From the NCBI GenBank assembly GCA_947626895.1, contig CANQTY010000003.1:1763-65762 (forward strand): a stretch of DNA of 64,000 nucleotides, given 5' to 3'. The stretch's first letter is position 1. Each line of letters begins with the position of its first letter. The notes under the pieces were generated by a model, which was not told the origin of the DNA, made no database searches, and worked only from the letters and a program-made list of their open reading frames with translations. A program made the position numbers and the translations under genes. This DNA is from an uncultured Bacilli bacterium (GTDB lineage Bacteria > Bacillota_I > Bacilli_A > RFN20 > CAG-449). Below are positions 32,115-42,306 of the stretch, in pieces.

Positions 32115-33059
32115 ATGAGGGATATTATGAAAAAAAGAAACATTCATTTTCATAACAATCTAACTAAGATAATGATCTTATTATCTTCTTTTTGTCTTGT
32201 TTCCTGTGGTTCACGCTTTTTAGATAAACAAGAAGTTGGTGAACATCATTATATTGAATATATTGATCAAGAAATTAATAAAACTTCTTTTGATAAATAT
32301 TTATCCACGCATCAACAAGAATATCCCTTTTATGAACAATTAAAAGTGAATGCCCCAGATGTATTAAATAATGTTAAAGTCATCGATTCTTCAACACACT
32401 TTGATGATAATGGAGATTTTTTAATGTTTCGCTTTTCTTCCTTAGGGAATGGGGGATTCGATAGTGAAACATTCCTATGCTTTCAAGGGGATTATTATCA
32501 TCTAGGGGGTGCCTTCGGGGGTTTTGGTGTCACGGAATTTATTCGTGTTCAAGGAAATCAAGGACATTATTTATATTTTATTTCCTCTTCAGGAAGTGGA
32601 ATCCATTATACCTCTATTGGGGTATTTGATTTACTAAAAAAAGAAACGTATACATTAGATCTTTCTTTAAAAATCAATGAAGATTATACCTTTATTTATA
32701 ATGATGAAAATCATTCTATCGACTTATATAAAGCCAATATTGTGCATTATGTAGATGAAGAAAATTATGATTTACATATCGTTACAAAACTTGATTTAGT
32801 TAAAGACCATATTGAAAGACTAGATAAAGTACAAAATGCTTCTAATTTTGAAAAGAATTCTGATGGGATATATTATGGAACAAATCATTCTTTAATTCAA
32901 AAAGACTATAAAGAACCAACATGTCAAGAAGATGGTTATGTAATCATAGGTTGTACAGAATGTGATGATTTAGATCAAAAGACCATTCTTCCTAAAGTCG
33001 ATCATCAATATGGAGATGATGATCTTTGTATTTGGTGTCATACACCAAAAGCAAAATAA
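32115..33059 (+). CDS. Lipoprotein with C-terminal Cys cluster, function unknown
   Basis: Lipobox LVSCGS. C-terminus has CxxC...CxxC (CTECDD...CIWCH). Confidence 0.5.
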   Translation: MRDIMKKRNIHFHNNLTKIMILLSSFCLVSCGSRFLDKQEVGEHHYIEYIDQEINKTSFDKYLSTHQQEYPFYEQLKVNAPDVLNNVKVIDSSTHFDDNGDFLMFRFSSLGNGGFDSETFLCFQGDYYHLGGAFGGFGVTEFIRVQGNQGHYLYFISSSGSGIHYTSIGVFDLLKKETYTLDLSLKINEDYTFIYNDENHSIDLYKANIVHYVDEENYDLHIVTKLDLVKDHIERLDKVQNASNFEKNSDGIYYGTNHSLIQKDYKEPTCQEDGYVIIGCTECDDLDQKTILPKVDHQYGDDDLCIWCHTPKAK

Positions 33060-33116
33060 GCTACACTAAAATAAATTAGTAAACAACCAATAAATGCGTA
33101 TTTTTAGGAGGTAATC

Positions 33117-34520
33117 ATGAAAAAAGTCAAAGTATTAATTAAAGATAAACATCTTTTAGAATTACAAGAAGATGCCTTAAAAGGAGATTTAATCGACTTA
33201 ACTGAAGTCATGGAAGTCGATGAATCTTTTTTAAATGACTTAATTGAAAAAGGAAAAGATAAAGTTTATGAAGCCAAATTAAAACAAGTTCAAGATCAAT
33301 ATGCTAATCAAATAGAATCTTTAAAAAAAGATCAAACTCTTGCTTTAGTATCTAAAGAACAAGAAATTGAAAAGAAATATCTAGCTAAAATTCAAGACTT
33401 AGAAAATGAAAGTAAAATTTTAAAAGCTACGAAAGCTAGTGAATTAGAAATGATAAAATCAGAAAAAGACGCTAAACTTGAGAAAGTACAATTAGAAAAT
33501 CAAGCAAAATATCAAAAATTAGAACAAGAATTTAACTATTTAAAGGATCAAATGAATGTGCAATTACAAAACAAACAATACGAAGTAGAAAATGTATATA
33601 AAGATAAAATTGCTTCATTAGAGCAAAAAATTCATGACTATGAAAAAGATCAAGAAATCTTAAAGTTAGAATTTGAAAATGAAAAAGAAAAGGCTTTATC
33701 TTCCCAAAAAGAAGAACTAAATCAACAAATTAAAGAAAAAGAAGATATGATTAATCAACTTCAAAGAGCTAAAGCTACTTTAAATGTGAAACAAACTGGC
33801 GAAGATTTAGAGTCTTGGTGTAATAATGAAGTCTTAGGGTATATGCAAAACGGCTTATTTAATTGTACTTGGATAAAAGATAATAAAGTCATTAAAGATG
33901 AAGATGAAATGAAGGGTTCTAAAGCAGATTATATCTTTAATATATACGCAAGTGAGGAACATAAAGATGATGAATTATTAGCCTCTATTTGTATGGATAT
34001 GAAAGATGAAAATCCAGATTCTGTCAATAAAAAAAGCAATGCTGATTATTATAAACAATTAGATAAGAATCGTATGAAAAAGAATTGTAAATATGCTTTA
34101 TTAGTAAGTAATTTAGAAATGGATAAACCCAATGTTTTACCCATCTTTAAAGTAAGAGAATATAACGATATGTATGTTGTTCGTCCTGCTTATTTAATGG
34201 TCTTTTTAAATATCCTAGCGTCCCTTACAACAAGATTTGCTTCTCTTTTACTAAGTCAAGAAGTAGAGATGTTAGAGCTAAAAGAAAAAGAAGCCCTCAT
34301 TGAAGAATTTAATGCCATTAAAAATACATATTTAGATAAACCTTTAGATACTTTAGCAAAAGATATTGAAGAAATTAGAAAAAGTTCAAAATCGATTCGC
34401 GATGCTAGTCAAAAAATTGATGAACAATGCGATAAGATTAATCTAAAATATATTAAGATTATTGAAGATAAAATTTCTCGTTTTGAGCTAAGTTTAGGAA
34501 AAATTCAAAAGAAATTATAG
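33117..34520 (+). CDS. Coiled-coil protein, DUF2130-like
   Basis: About 250 aa of K/E/Q-rich heptad coiled-coil, then a conserved C-terminal domain (QTGEDLESWC...). Confidence 0.45.
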   Translation: MKKVKVLIKDKHLLELQEDALKGDLIDLTEVMEVDESFLNDLIEKGKDKVYEAKLKQVQDQYANQIESLKKDQTLALVSKEQEIEKKYLAKIQDLENESKILKATKASELEMIKSEKDAKLEKVQLENQAKYQKLEQEFNYLKDQMNVQLQNKQYEVENVYKDKIASLEQKIHDYEKDQEILKLEFENEKEKALSSQKEELNQQIKEKEDMINQLQRAKATLNVKQTGEDLESWCNNEVLGYMQNGLFNCTWIKDNKVIKDEDEMKGSKADYIFNIYASEEHKDDELLASICMDMKDENPDSVNKKSNADYYKQLDKNRMKKNCKYALLVSNLEMDKPNVLPIFKVREYNDMYVVRPAYLMVFLNILASLTTRFASLLLSQEVEMLELKEKEALIEEFNAIKNTYLDKPLDTLAKDIEEIRKSSKSIRDASQKIDEQCDKINLKYIKIIEDKISRFELSLGKIQKKL

Positions 34521-34530
34521 GAAAATAGTT

Positions 34531-35307
34531 ATGCGAAATATACATTTAGAATCCACCCATAATACAAGAGATTTAGGAAGTTTAATCACTCGTGATGGGT
34601 TTCATATAAAAAAGAAAAAACTTCTCCGTTCAGGTTCATTAATGAAACTAACAGAAAAAGATATAGCCACTTTAAAAAGATATCATTTAGAAATAGTAAT
34701 CGATTTTCGTAGTGAAAGAGAATTTGAAAAAAAGGCTGATTTAAGAATAGAAGGTGTATATTATCTTAATTTACCTGCTTTACCTAAAAAAGAACAGGTA
34801 AATGTGAAAGACCAACGAAGTGATTCTAATTTGCTTGAATTAGTAAATAAAGATACGGGTGGTTTTAATATGTTAATGGACACCTATAAAAAACTTGTTA
34901 TCTCTCCAGAAGGAATCAAAGCCTATCAAGATTTTTTTAGAATTTTAGAAGCAGACTTTGATGGTTCGCTTTTATTTCATTGTTCTCAAGGGAAAGATCG
35001 AACAGGGCTAGGAGCTTTCTTTTTAGAGTATGCTCTTGGAGTATCAAAAGAAGATTGCATTAAAGATTATCTATTTACAAATAAAGCGATGAAATTAAAA
35101 ATAGAAGAATTATCTCCTGTAGTATTAAAAGAATCGGATGGAGATTATAGTTTATTACCAATTTTAAAAGATGTCTTTATGGCAAAAGAAGAATATTTAA
35201 ATCATGCTTTAAAAACCATCGAGGAACACTTTACTAGTCTTGATAATTATTTAATCAATATTCTTCGTGTAGATATAGATAAATTAAAAGAAATTTATTT
35301 AGAGTAG
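34531..35307 (+). CDS. Protein-tyrosine phosphatase (Tyr_phosphatase_3 type)
   Basis: CX5R P-loop HCSQGKDRTG. Confidence 0.75.
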   Translation: MRNIHLESTHNTRDLGSLITRDGFHIKKKKLLRSGSLMKLTEKDIATLKRYHLEIVIDFRSEREFEKKADLRIEGVYYLNLPALPKKEQVNVKDQRSDSNLLELVNKDTGGFNMLMDTYKKLVISPEGIKAYQDFFRILEADFDGSLLFHCSQGKDRTGLGAFFLEYALGVSKEDCIKDYLFTNKAMKLKIEELSPVVLKESDGDYSLLPILKDVFMAKEEYLNHALKTIEEHFTSLDNYLINILRVDIDKLKEIYLE

Positions 35308-35374
35308 AAAAAAATCATTTTTTAACCTTTTCAGTTACAAAAGTTTATTTTTAAATGAAACAATTTTTTAGTTA

Positions 35375-35423
35375 AGTGCCAAAAAGTGTATTTTTTGTGA
35401 AAAGTTATGTGCCAAAAAGTGTT
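35375..35423 (+). promoter_or_regulatory. Two direct repeats GTGCCAAAAAGTGT upstream of AAA_14 paralog 3
   Basis: Copies at 35377-35390 and 35410-35423. The core CAAAA(A)GTGT is shared with the repeats upstream of paralog 2. Confidence 0.4.
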
Positions 35424-35476
35424 AAATTTTTGATTTTTACATAATGACATGGTATTATAATGACAAGGAGATACTT

Positions 35477-36772
35477 ATGGAACGCAAAATTTATCATCAA
35501 TTACTTTCATGGAAAAACGCAAAAGATAGAAAACCCTTAATTTTACAAGGAGCAAGACAAGTAGGGAAAACTTATATTGTAAATTTATTTGGTGGTAAAG
35601 AATATGCAAATGTGGCTTATTGTAACTTTGAAAGAGAAAAAGGACTTGCGGACTTTTTTTCTGATTTAATACCCCAAAACATAATAAAAAAGATTTCCTT
35701 TTACAAAAGGAAAGAGATTTTACCTGAACATACACTAATTATTTTTGACGAAATTCAAGCGTGTCCTAAAGCATTAACTTCACTTAAATATTTTTGTGAA
35801 GAAGCAAATCAATATCATGTGATTGCTATGGGTTCTCTTTTAGGTGTATCCGTTTATCGTGAGCAATATTCTTTTCCTGTAGGAAAAGTTCAATTCATGA
35901 ATTTGTATCCAATGGATTTTGAAGAATTTCTAATGGCCACGAATAATCAATTTTTGATTGATGAAATCAAAGAAAGCTATGCATCTAACAAACCACTTGC
36001 ATTACCATTTCATGAACAAGCGCTAGAACTATATAAAGAATATTTATATGTTGGAGGTATGCCTATGGTCGTGGAAGAGTATTTAAAAAATAAAAATTAT
36101 GAGCTTATCAAAATTTCGCAACAATCTATTTTGGATGCTTATTTTGATGATATGGGAAAATATAATAAATCTAGTGAAATTCCTAAAACGAAACGTGTAT
36201 ATAAAAATATCAGCACTCAACTTGCCAAAGAAAATAAAAAGTTTAAGTATGCTTTAATTAAAAGTGGGGGAAGAGCTAGTGAATTTGAAGATGCAATTCA
36301 ATGGCTTTGTCTAGCTGGAATAGCAAATCAACTTTATAAATTAGAGCAGATTAAAATTCCCCTGAATGCTTATAAGTCTTTAACCGATTTTAAGTTTTAT
36401 ATGAATGATGTTGGACTTTGTTCTGCTAGTCAAAATCTTTTAATTGATGACATTGTTTATGAAAATTCTGATTATTTTGATTTTAAAGGTGGATTAACAG
36501 AAAATTATGTAAATAATCAAATGATTGTCAATGGATTAAAGTGTTATTATTGGACCAGTGGCAATCAAGCAGAAATTGATTTCATAACAAGAATTGGTAA
36601 AGATATTATCCCCATTGAAGTAAAATCTAGTGACAATACTCGTTCAAGAAGCCTTTCCATTTATATGGAAAAATATAAGCCTACTTATGCTATACGTATT
36701 TCAACCAAAAATTTTGGTTTTGAAAAGAATATAAAATCTATACCTTTATACGCTACATTTTGCATTAAGTGA
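35477..36772 (+). CDS. AAA_14/DUF4143 family ATPase (paralog 3)
   Basis: Walker A GARQVGKTY and a C-terminal DUF4143 (AEIDFITRIGKDIIPIEVKS). AAGGAG RBS before ATG 35477. Confidence 0.75.
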   Translation: MERKIYHQLLSWKNAKDRKPLILQGARQVGKTYIVNLFGGKEYANVAYCNFEREKGLADFFSDLIPQNIIKKISFYKRKEILPEHTLIIFDEIQACPKALTSLKYFCEEANQYHVIAMGSLLGVSVYREQYSFPVGKVQFMNLYPMDFEEFLMATNNQFLIDEIKESYASNKPLALPFHEQALELYKEYLYVGGMPMVVEEYLKNKNYELIKISQQSILDAYFDDMGKYNKSSEIPKTKRVYKNISTQLAKENKKFKYALIKSGGRASEFEDAIQWLCLAGIANQLYKLEQIKIPLNAYKSLTDFKFYMNDVGLCSASQNLLIDDIVYENSDYFDFKGGLTENYVNNQMIVNGLKCYYWTSGNQAEIDFITRIGKDIIPIEVKSSDNTRSRSLSIYMEKYKPTYAIRISTKNFGFEKNIKSIPLYATFCIK

Positions 36773-36881
36773 TTTTTGAACTAAGTAAAAAAACGTTAAT
36801 GATTAATTTAAATGTGGCAAATGTTAATAAAAATAGGAACTTTTTTTACACTCATACATAATATGCCATTGAAAAGTAACT

Positions 36882-38198
36882 TTATAAATGAATTTCCCAA
36901 TGCCCTCCTTTTTTAGGACCAACATGACGAATTATATCTGTAGATTTCAATACTCTTTCAATCGTTGCTTTTGATTTGCCAATTATTTTTGCCATCTCAA
37001 CTTTAGAAATTCTTGGATCTTCCCTTATTAATTCAATGAGAGCTTTAATAATTTCATTATATCCATAATTTTTTAGCATCGTTTTTGTCTCTTCTTTTTC
37101 CTCTAAATCAAATCCATTTTTATCAAATGGAATAGTTACAGTGATAGAATCTTGAGAAAATTTATATGCTTTTTTCCCATATTCCCTTACGACAAGAGGG
37201 ACACCATGGCCTGAACTTTCCACGATATTACACTTTAAAAAGATATCCATAAGTTCAGGATTCACGGGTTTACTTTCTCCTTCTAAAAAGGCTTTTTTAG
37301 TTAATTTTTTAGGAATCCCTCCTTGAGAAATAATTTCAATTCGATCATCAAATATACTTACCATCGGAGGTGTTCCTTCTATCCACTTATTATGAACACA
37401 AGCATTAATCCATGCCTCTTTAAAGGCCTCATAACTAAATAACTTCTTTTCTTTTCGTGGAGATACACTTAAATCCACATAAGTATCATTAATTGCATCA
37501 CAATAATTTAATACTTTTTCTAGTGCGACTAAAAGGCAAGTAAATCCATATTCATTTCTTTTATAGAAGTGAGATTTATCTTTTCCTTTAAATATCGCTA
37601 TTTTAATAGAAGTATTATTTTCATCCGCGAGAAGTTCTGCCATTTTATTAAATTTACCATTTACTAAAAGATGAAAGTTTTTATAAAAATTCGTTTCATT
37701 AATGTGAATTCCCTTGCTAGATAAATACCCTTTAAATTTTTCAAAAGTTAAGTCATCTCTATGACTTTCTTGCATGATTAACTTAGGTTCTTGAATTTCT
37801 AAAGTAGCAATATATCTTTCCATTATTTCTTCATTATCTAAACATCTAGAAGTTGTTCCTATACGAACAAAACATCCCGTTTTACTTAACCCATTCGAGG
37901 TAAGATAATAAAGTTTATCCCCCTTTTTTACTTCAACTTTAACAATGTTTTTATCTTCATGAACAAAAGAACTAAGATGAACAAATTCTTTACAAGAAGG
38001 AGAAATTAAATCTACAAGCACATTGGAAATTGAGCGCAAAACTTTATCAATACTAGAAATACCAACGATAGTTCCATCATCTTTAACTCCAATATAAATA
38101 ATACCTCCATCGGTATTTAAAAAAGCGACAACTTCTTTAGCAAAAGAATCATTTAATTTTTCCTTTAATTCGACACTTTCAGTTTCAAAAAATTCCAT
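36882..38198 (-). CDS. AlbA_2 (Schlafen-like) DNA-binding domain protein with C-terminal wHTH, putative regulator/defense protein
   Basis: N-terminus E.E.VELKE....AKEVVAFLNTDGGIIYIGVKDDGTIVG matches the AlbA_2/'AAA_4' divergent domain. C-terminal HTH (IAKIIGKSKATIERVL). Confidence 0.65.
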   Translation of the reverse strand: MEFFETESVELKEKLNDSFAKEVVAFLNTDGGIIYIGVKDDGTIVGISSIDKVLRSISNVLVDLISPSCKEFVHLSSFVHEDKNIVKVEVKKGDKLYYLTSNGLSKTGCFVRIGTTSRCLDNEEIMERYIATLEIQEPKLIMQESHRDDLTFEKFKGYLSSKGIHINETNFYKNFHLLVNGKFNKMAELLADENNTSIKIAIFKGKDKSHFYKRNEYGFTCLLVALEKVLNYCDAINDTYVDLSVSPRKEKKLFSYEAFKEAWINACVHNKWIEGTPPMVSIFDDRIEIISQGGIPKKLTKKAFLEGESKPVNPELMDIFLKCNIVESSGHGVPLVVREYGKKAYKFSQDSITVTIPFDKNGFDLEEKEETKTMLKNYGYNEIIKALIELIREDPRISKVEMAKIIGKSKATIERVLKSTDIIRHVGPKKGGHWEIHL

Positions 38199-38445
38199 TT
38201 AAATCTCTCCTTATTCAAGATGTATTCTTACTATACACTTCTTGTTTCTTTTTAACATCTTTTTAGCCTCATAAATTGATGCTAAAAAATAATGTGGTTA
38301 TTTAATTAAAAATGCCATATATAAAGGAATAGTATTGATACCATTTGTAGTTTCTACATTGGTATTTGCTAGTTTAAAGTTACTACAAACATCATATTTT
38401 GCTTTATTTGTTAATACTTCTTTTAAAGATTTAGCATTACCATTT

Positions 38446-39260
38446 CTAAGGTTGTACTTCAATAACTGTTAATTCATTTTGATATTTCGTAACAAAGTCA
38501 ATTTCTAATCCACTTTGCTTATGAAAATAATATAAAAGCTTACCTAATTTATGAAATGCATCTGCGATGATGTTTTCATAGATTGCACCTTTATAAATTT
38601 TTAAATCTCCATTTAAAATATGAAAAGCAGTATCTTCTTCAAGAAGTGCCATAAATAAACCTGTATCATTTACATAAATTTTAAATACATCTAAATCTTT
38701 ATATGCATCTTTTTATAGGGAGTTTCAATAATTATTTGCACTTTTTTCAAGCGACCTTTAATATTGTATTGCACTTTTTTATAGTGAGTTTAATAGTTCA
38801 TATACCAATTTTGTATCTTTTTAGATAATAAATAATCTTTAATTTCTTTATTAATTCACTTAAACACTTTATATTCATCTACTAAAAACAGAATCATATA
38901 TAATGGAAAATTCTTTATTTTTGGATTAGTCCAATTGACATTATCCAAAGATAAAATAATTCCATAATCTAGATTTTCTGTTTCAAGAATTTTTTTAAGC
39001 TTGTAGCTTTAATCTTTGTTTGGGATTTAACTTCATTAGACGTAGATTGATATGTTGTTAATTGCATTAAAATGGTTTTAATATCTAAATTTCCTGAAAA
39101 TATAGCTCTAGCATTAACATCAAATTCAAAATTAATGGAATAAACTATGAATAATTATTTTCTACAAATTCTTCAACTAAATAAGTTTTCCCTACTTGTT
39201 TAGTACCATATAAAATAAGTACTTAATTAATTAAAAGTGCCTACATTTAGGGATATTTTA
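38446..39260 (-). pseudogene. Decayed AAA_14/DUF4143 ATPase paralog
   Basis: Minus-strand reading gives ...GTKQVGKTYLVEEF (P-loop, near 39200), then multiple stops/frameshifts, then an intact C-terminal fragment ...GLEIDFVTKYQNELTVIEVQP (ORF 38446-38652). Confidence 0.55.
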
Positions 39261-39284
39261 ATTGTTATAGAAATTATTAAGAAA

Positions 39285-39331
39285 TATTTTAAAGTATACC
39301 AAAAAAGTAACTAAAAAGTAGACTTTAAAAG
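39285..39331. repeat. 44-bp direct repeat, copy 1 (TTTTAAAGTATACCaAAAAAGTAACTAAAAAGTAGACTTTAAAA)
   Basis: Copy 2 at 41305-41351 is about 95% identical. The two copies flank the Abi_2 gene region. Confidence 0.6.
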
Positions 39332-39846
39332 TTTTATATACTTGAAATTAAGCAAAATCGTCTAAAATTAGGGATATTTTAATAGTTCTAGAAATTTTAA
39401 ATAAATATTTTAAAGTCTACTGAAAAGAACTTTATACTATGATTATTACAACTTAATTATTTAAAAAAGTCTGAATTTAAGATATTTAAACAGTTGCAAA
39501 AACAATTAAAAATATTTTATCTTTTTATCTGGGGGTTAAATAAATAGATTTGGATGCTATTTTTAATAAAAAAAGTCTAAATTAGCTCTAAATAAAAAAA
39601 TCAAGGCGCGATCACATTTAGTAAAGCCCTTCTACAAAAAACAGAAAACTGTTTTTTGTTTTCAGCTTTAATTTAGCATAATAGGAAAAATGATGTCGAA
39701 TATAATGGTACTAGAATTTGTTTTTGCTCCTTGAATTGATATTTAGTTCATTCCTCATTAATTCCATGAAGAAAATTTATAACAACAAAAAGAGTCCCAG
39801 GGACTCTTAAGAAAAACACTCGGGGCGCCGTCGTAACTGCCCCCCT

Positions 39847-39870
39847 AAAAAAAACAGATATCTGTTTTTT
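39847..39870 (-). terminator. Palindromic (bidirectional) terminator after Abi_2 gene
   Basis: AAAAAACAGAT|ATCTGTTTTTT is a perfect palindrome with a T-run. Two more hairpins follow (GGGGC...GCCCC and AAGAGTCCC|AGGGACTCTT). Confidence 0.55.
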
Positions 39871-39914
39871 ACTTCCATCTTTAATTTAGCACAAGCAAAA
39901 ATCACTGTCAATAG

Positions 39915-40949
39915 TTAGCCCTCAAATTCTTTGAAATATTTTTTTATGATTTTCTCAAAATAGCAATAAGTCGATTTTAAAAGTCCGTTATGAATATAAT
40001 AGTTCCTGCAGAGGATAACTCTTCCAAAAAATAATTCATTGACAGCTTTTTTGATTTCTTGCTTTATATATTCATTTTCAACAAAGATATCAAATAAATA
40101 TAAAACGAAAGTAATTCTTCGGATTGTTGGGTTACTTAATTTATTATTTCTATTTTCTCTACCTATTCCACAATTACTTAAATAATCGATAATCATGGTA
40201 TCATTTAAATTACACGATTTTCTTTTTCTTAACGTGGATAATATATTCTTTCCATGAGCTATTTCATTCCTAAGCTTTTTCAATTCTTTTAGAAAATATA
40301 GATATTTTCTTTGTTCATCTAATTGATATTTAGAAGTAATGTAATCAAAGAATTTTATTTTTTCTCCAAAACTAAGAATTTGAAGAAGATCTTTGGCAGG
40401 AATATTTTGTATTTTTTGACTAATATCAACATTGTATTTATCTAAGATTTTACGTACATTTTCATCATCTTTCATTCTTTGAATACTTTGATGAATTTGC
40501 ATTTTATATTTTTTATCGTTTTCATTTTGAGTATTATGAATTTGATTTTGATCATAATAGTCCTCGTCCATAAAGCCATTGACGACATTAATCCCATCAC
40601 CTTCACCAATTTGTTCAATTTCATTTAGAATTAATGATACTAATCCATGCTCAATTTCAATAATCATTTCAAATAGTAGACTTTTTACCATACTATCAAT
40701 GACATACATATCTTTTAAATATGCAAAATCTAGTTGAGCAAATATTCCTTTTAAATCTCCACGAGGATAAACATTAAATACATTCATATATGAAGTAATA
40801 AAAGAGTAGTTTTTGTGCTTTTCAAGGCATAGTTTTGCCTCAGATTCGTTACAGAGCTCGAACCTTATTCCTTTTTCTTTAAGCAGTGCAATTTCTTCAT
40901 CAACTTTGGATGTAATTGGAATTGCATTTATGGTCATAGTTTTAGACAT
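39915..40949 (-). CDS. Abi_2 family (AbiD/AbiF-like) abortive-infection protein
   Basis: N-terminus ...IALLKEKGIRFELCNESEAKLCLEKHKNYSFITSY matches the Abi_2 N-terminal pattern. A later LRNEIAHG motif is present. Confidence 0.7.
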   Translation of the reverse strand: MSKTMTINAIPITSKVDEEIALLKEKGIRFELCNESEAKLCLEKHKNYSFITSYMNVFNVYPRGDLKGIFAQLDFAYLKDMYVIDSMVKSLLFEMIIEIEHGLVSLILNEIEQIGEGDGINVVNGFMDEDYYDQNQIHNTQNENDKKYKMQIHQSIQRMKDDENVRKILDKYNVDISQKIQNIPAKDLLQILSFGEKIKFFDYITSKYQLDEQRKYLYFLKELKKLRNEIAHGKNILSTLRKRKSCNLNDTMIIDYLSNCGIGRENRNNKLSNPTIRRITFVLYLFDIFVENEYIKQEIKKAVNELFFGRVILCRNYYIHNGLLKSTYCYFEKIIKKYFKEFEG

Positions 40950-41304
40950 GATTAAATCTCCTTTCTCTAGGTTTTATTTATTTAAAACTGTCTTCATATA
41001 TAAATATCCACAACTCATAAAAAAAATAAGCAAAAAAATTTTTAAAAATTTACAATAGTTCTTTGCATAGTATTGTTTTTACAAAAGCAATAATTGAATT
41101 TAGAGCACAACAACTGCAATAAATTCCTTTCTTTGCGTTAATATTGCTTTATTTATTCCAACGAATTAAGAAAATCCATTAAAAAAAATAACACAAGGTA
41201 TACCTTGCACGTAATAACAATAATTTCTTTAAAATAGCCCATTTTTTATAAAAAAATTGCAAAAAATGAAGTTTAAAAACAACACTGTGCAAAAAATTAT
41301 CAGT

Positions 41305-41351
41305 ATTTTAAAGTATACCGAAAAAGTAACTAAAAAGTAGACTTTAAAATT
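41305..41351. repeat. 44-bp direct repeat, copy 2
   Basis: See copy 1 at 39285-39331. Confidence 0.6.
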
Positions 41352-41612
41352 ATGTATAAAATATTAAATAAAAAGAATAACTTTAAATTAAAAAGCCTCC
41401 ACAGAATGTTCTATGAAGGAAAAATTTACAACCCAGCCATTTATAATTCGCGTGCTGGTCAGCGAAACACTTGACATCCCAGCTTCTTGTAAACCGCATG
41501 CTGGTCAGCGGGAATCTAGCCACTTGTAAACCGCATACTAGTTCGCGGTCATTATTATCTTGGCAAATTTATAGTCTAAAAGTCAATAAAATGCCCTTTA
41601 ACTTTTTGTGCT

Positions 41613-42206
41613 TTAAATCAATTCACTTTCTTCTTTTGGAGTAAGAATATATAAATCAGGATCAAGAAATCCTTGCTTAGCATCAAATAGTCTTATTTGA
41701 TTATCTTTAGGTAAATAAAATTTTTCTGTACGACTATTATATATTCGATAAGCAGGAAGTTCTTTAATGACAAAGACAGTTTGTTCTTTTCCAATATAAG
41801 TTAATTTAAGTAAATAATTATAGATGTCCTCTAAGGGGAGATTATAATTTAGCGCTACAACACCTTCTAAATCTTCAAGATGAAATCGAATTGAAGTAAC
41901 TTCCTCTATATAATAGTAACCGATTTCTTCCATTAAGGCTTGTCCCCATCCTCCTTCAATAAAGAAAAATTTATCTTTCATGATATAAGTTAAATATAAT
42001 TTACTATTTTTATTTATTTCATCTTTACATTTCTTTTTCTTATCTAATACTCTTTTATCTACTATATCAAAAAGAGTGACTATATCTAAACCTGCAGGTT
42101 CATAGCAATGAACTTTTTTATACGCAAAAGAAATGAGTTCTTCAATAGTTAATTCATCATCAAATATGATTTGAGGCATATCATATATAGAATATACTTG
42201 ATTCAT
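41613..42206 (-). CDS. Hypothetical protein
   Basis: An AAAGGA RBS supports the ATG at 42206 (MNQVYSIYD...). No domain recognised. Confidence 0.45.
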   Translation of the reverse strand: MNQVYSIYDMPQIIFDDELTIEELISFAYKKVHCYEPAGLDIVTLFDIVDKRVLDKKKKCKDEINKNSKLYLTYIMKDKFFFIEGGWGQALMEEIGYYYIEEVTSIRFHLEDLEGVVALNYNLPLEDIYNYLLKLTYIGKEQTVFVIKELPAYRIYNSRTEKFYLPKDNQIRLFDAKQGFLDPDLYILTPKEESELI

Positions 42207-42306
42207 TTCTTTTTCCTTTCTTTTATTTATCAAAAGCATTCTCTAGAGATTTTTATATTGATGAACTTTAAATAAAAAAGCCTAGAGTTAGGCATCATAT
42301 TTAAAC

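Noticed and set aside
38446-38652. 68-aa ORF as an independent gene.
   Set aside because: It is the intact C-terminal fragment of a decayed AAA_14/DUF4143 gene whose upstream part has stops and frameshifts.
38650-39620. Possible CRISPR array or other regular repeat structure in this AT-rich non-coding stretch.
   Set aside because: The repeats are irregular in length and spacing, and no cas genes are present. The region is better explained as pseudogene debris plus leader and terminator repeats.
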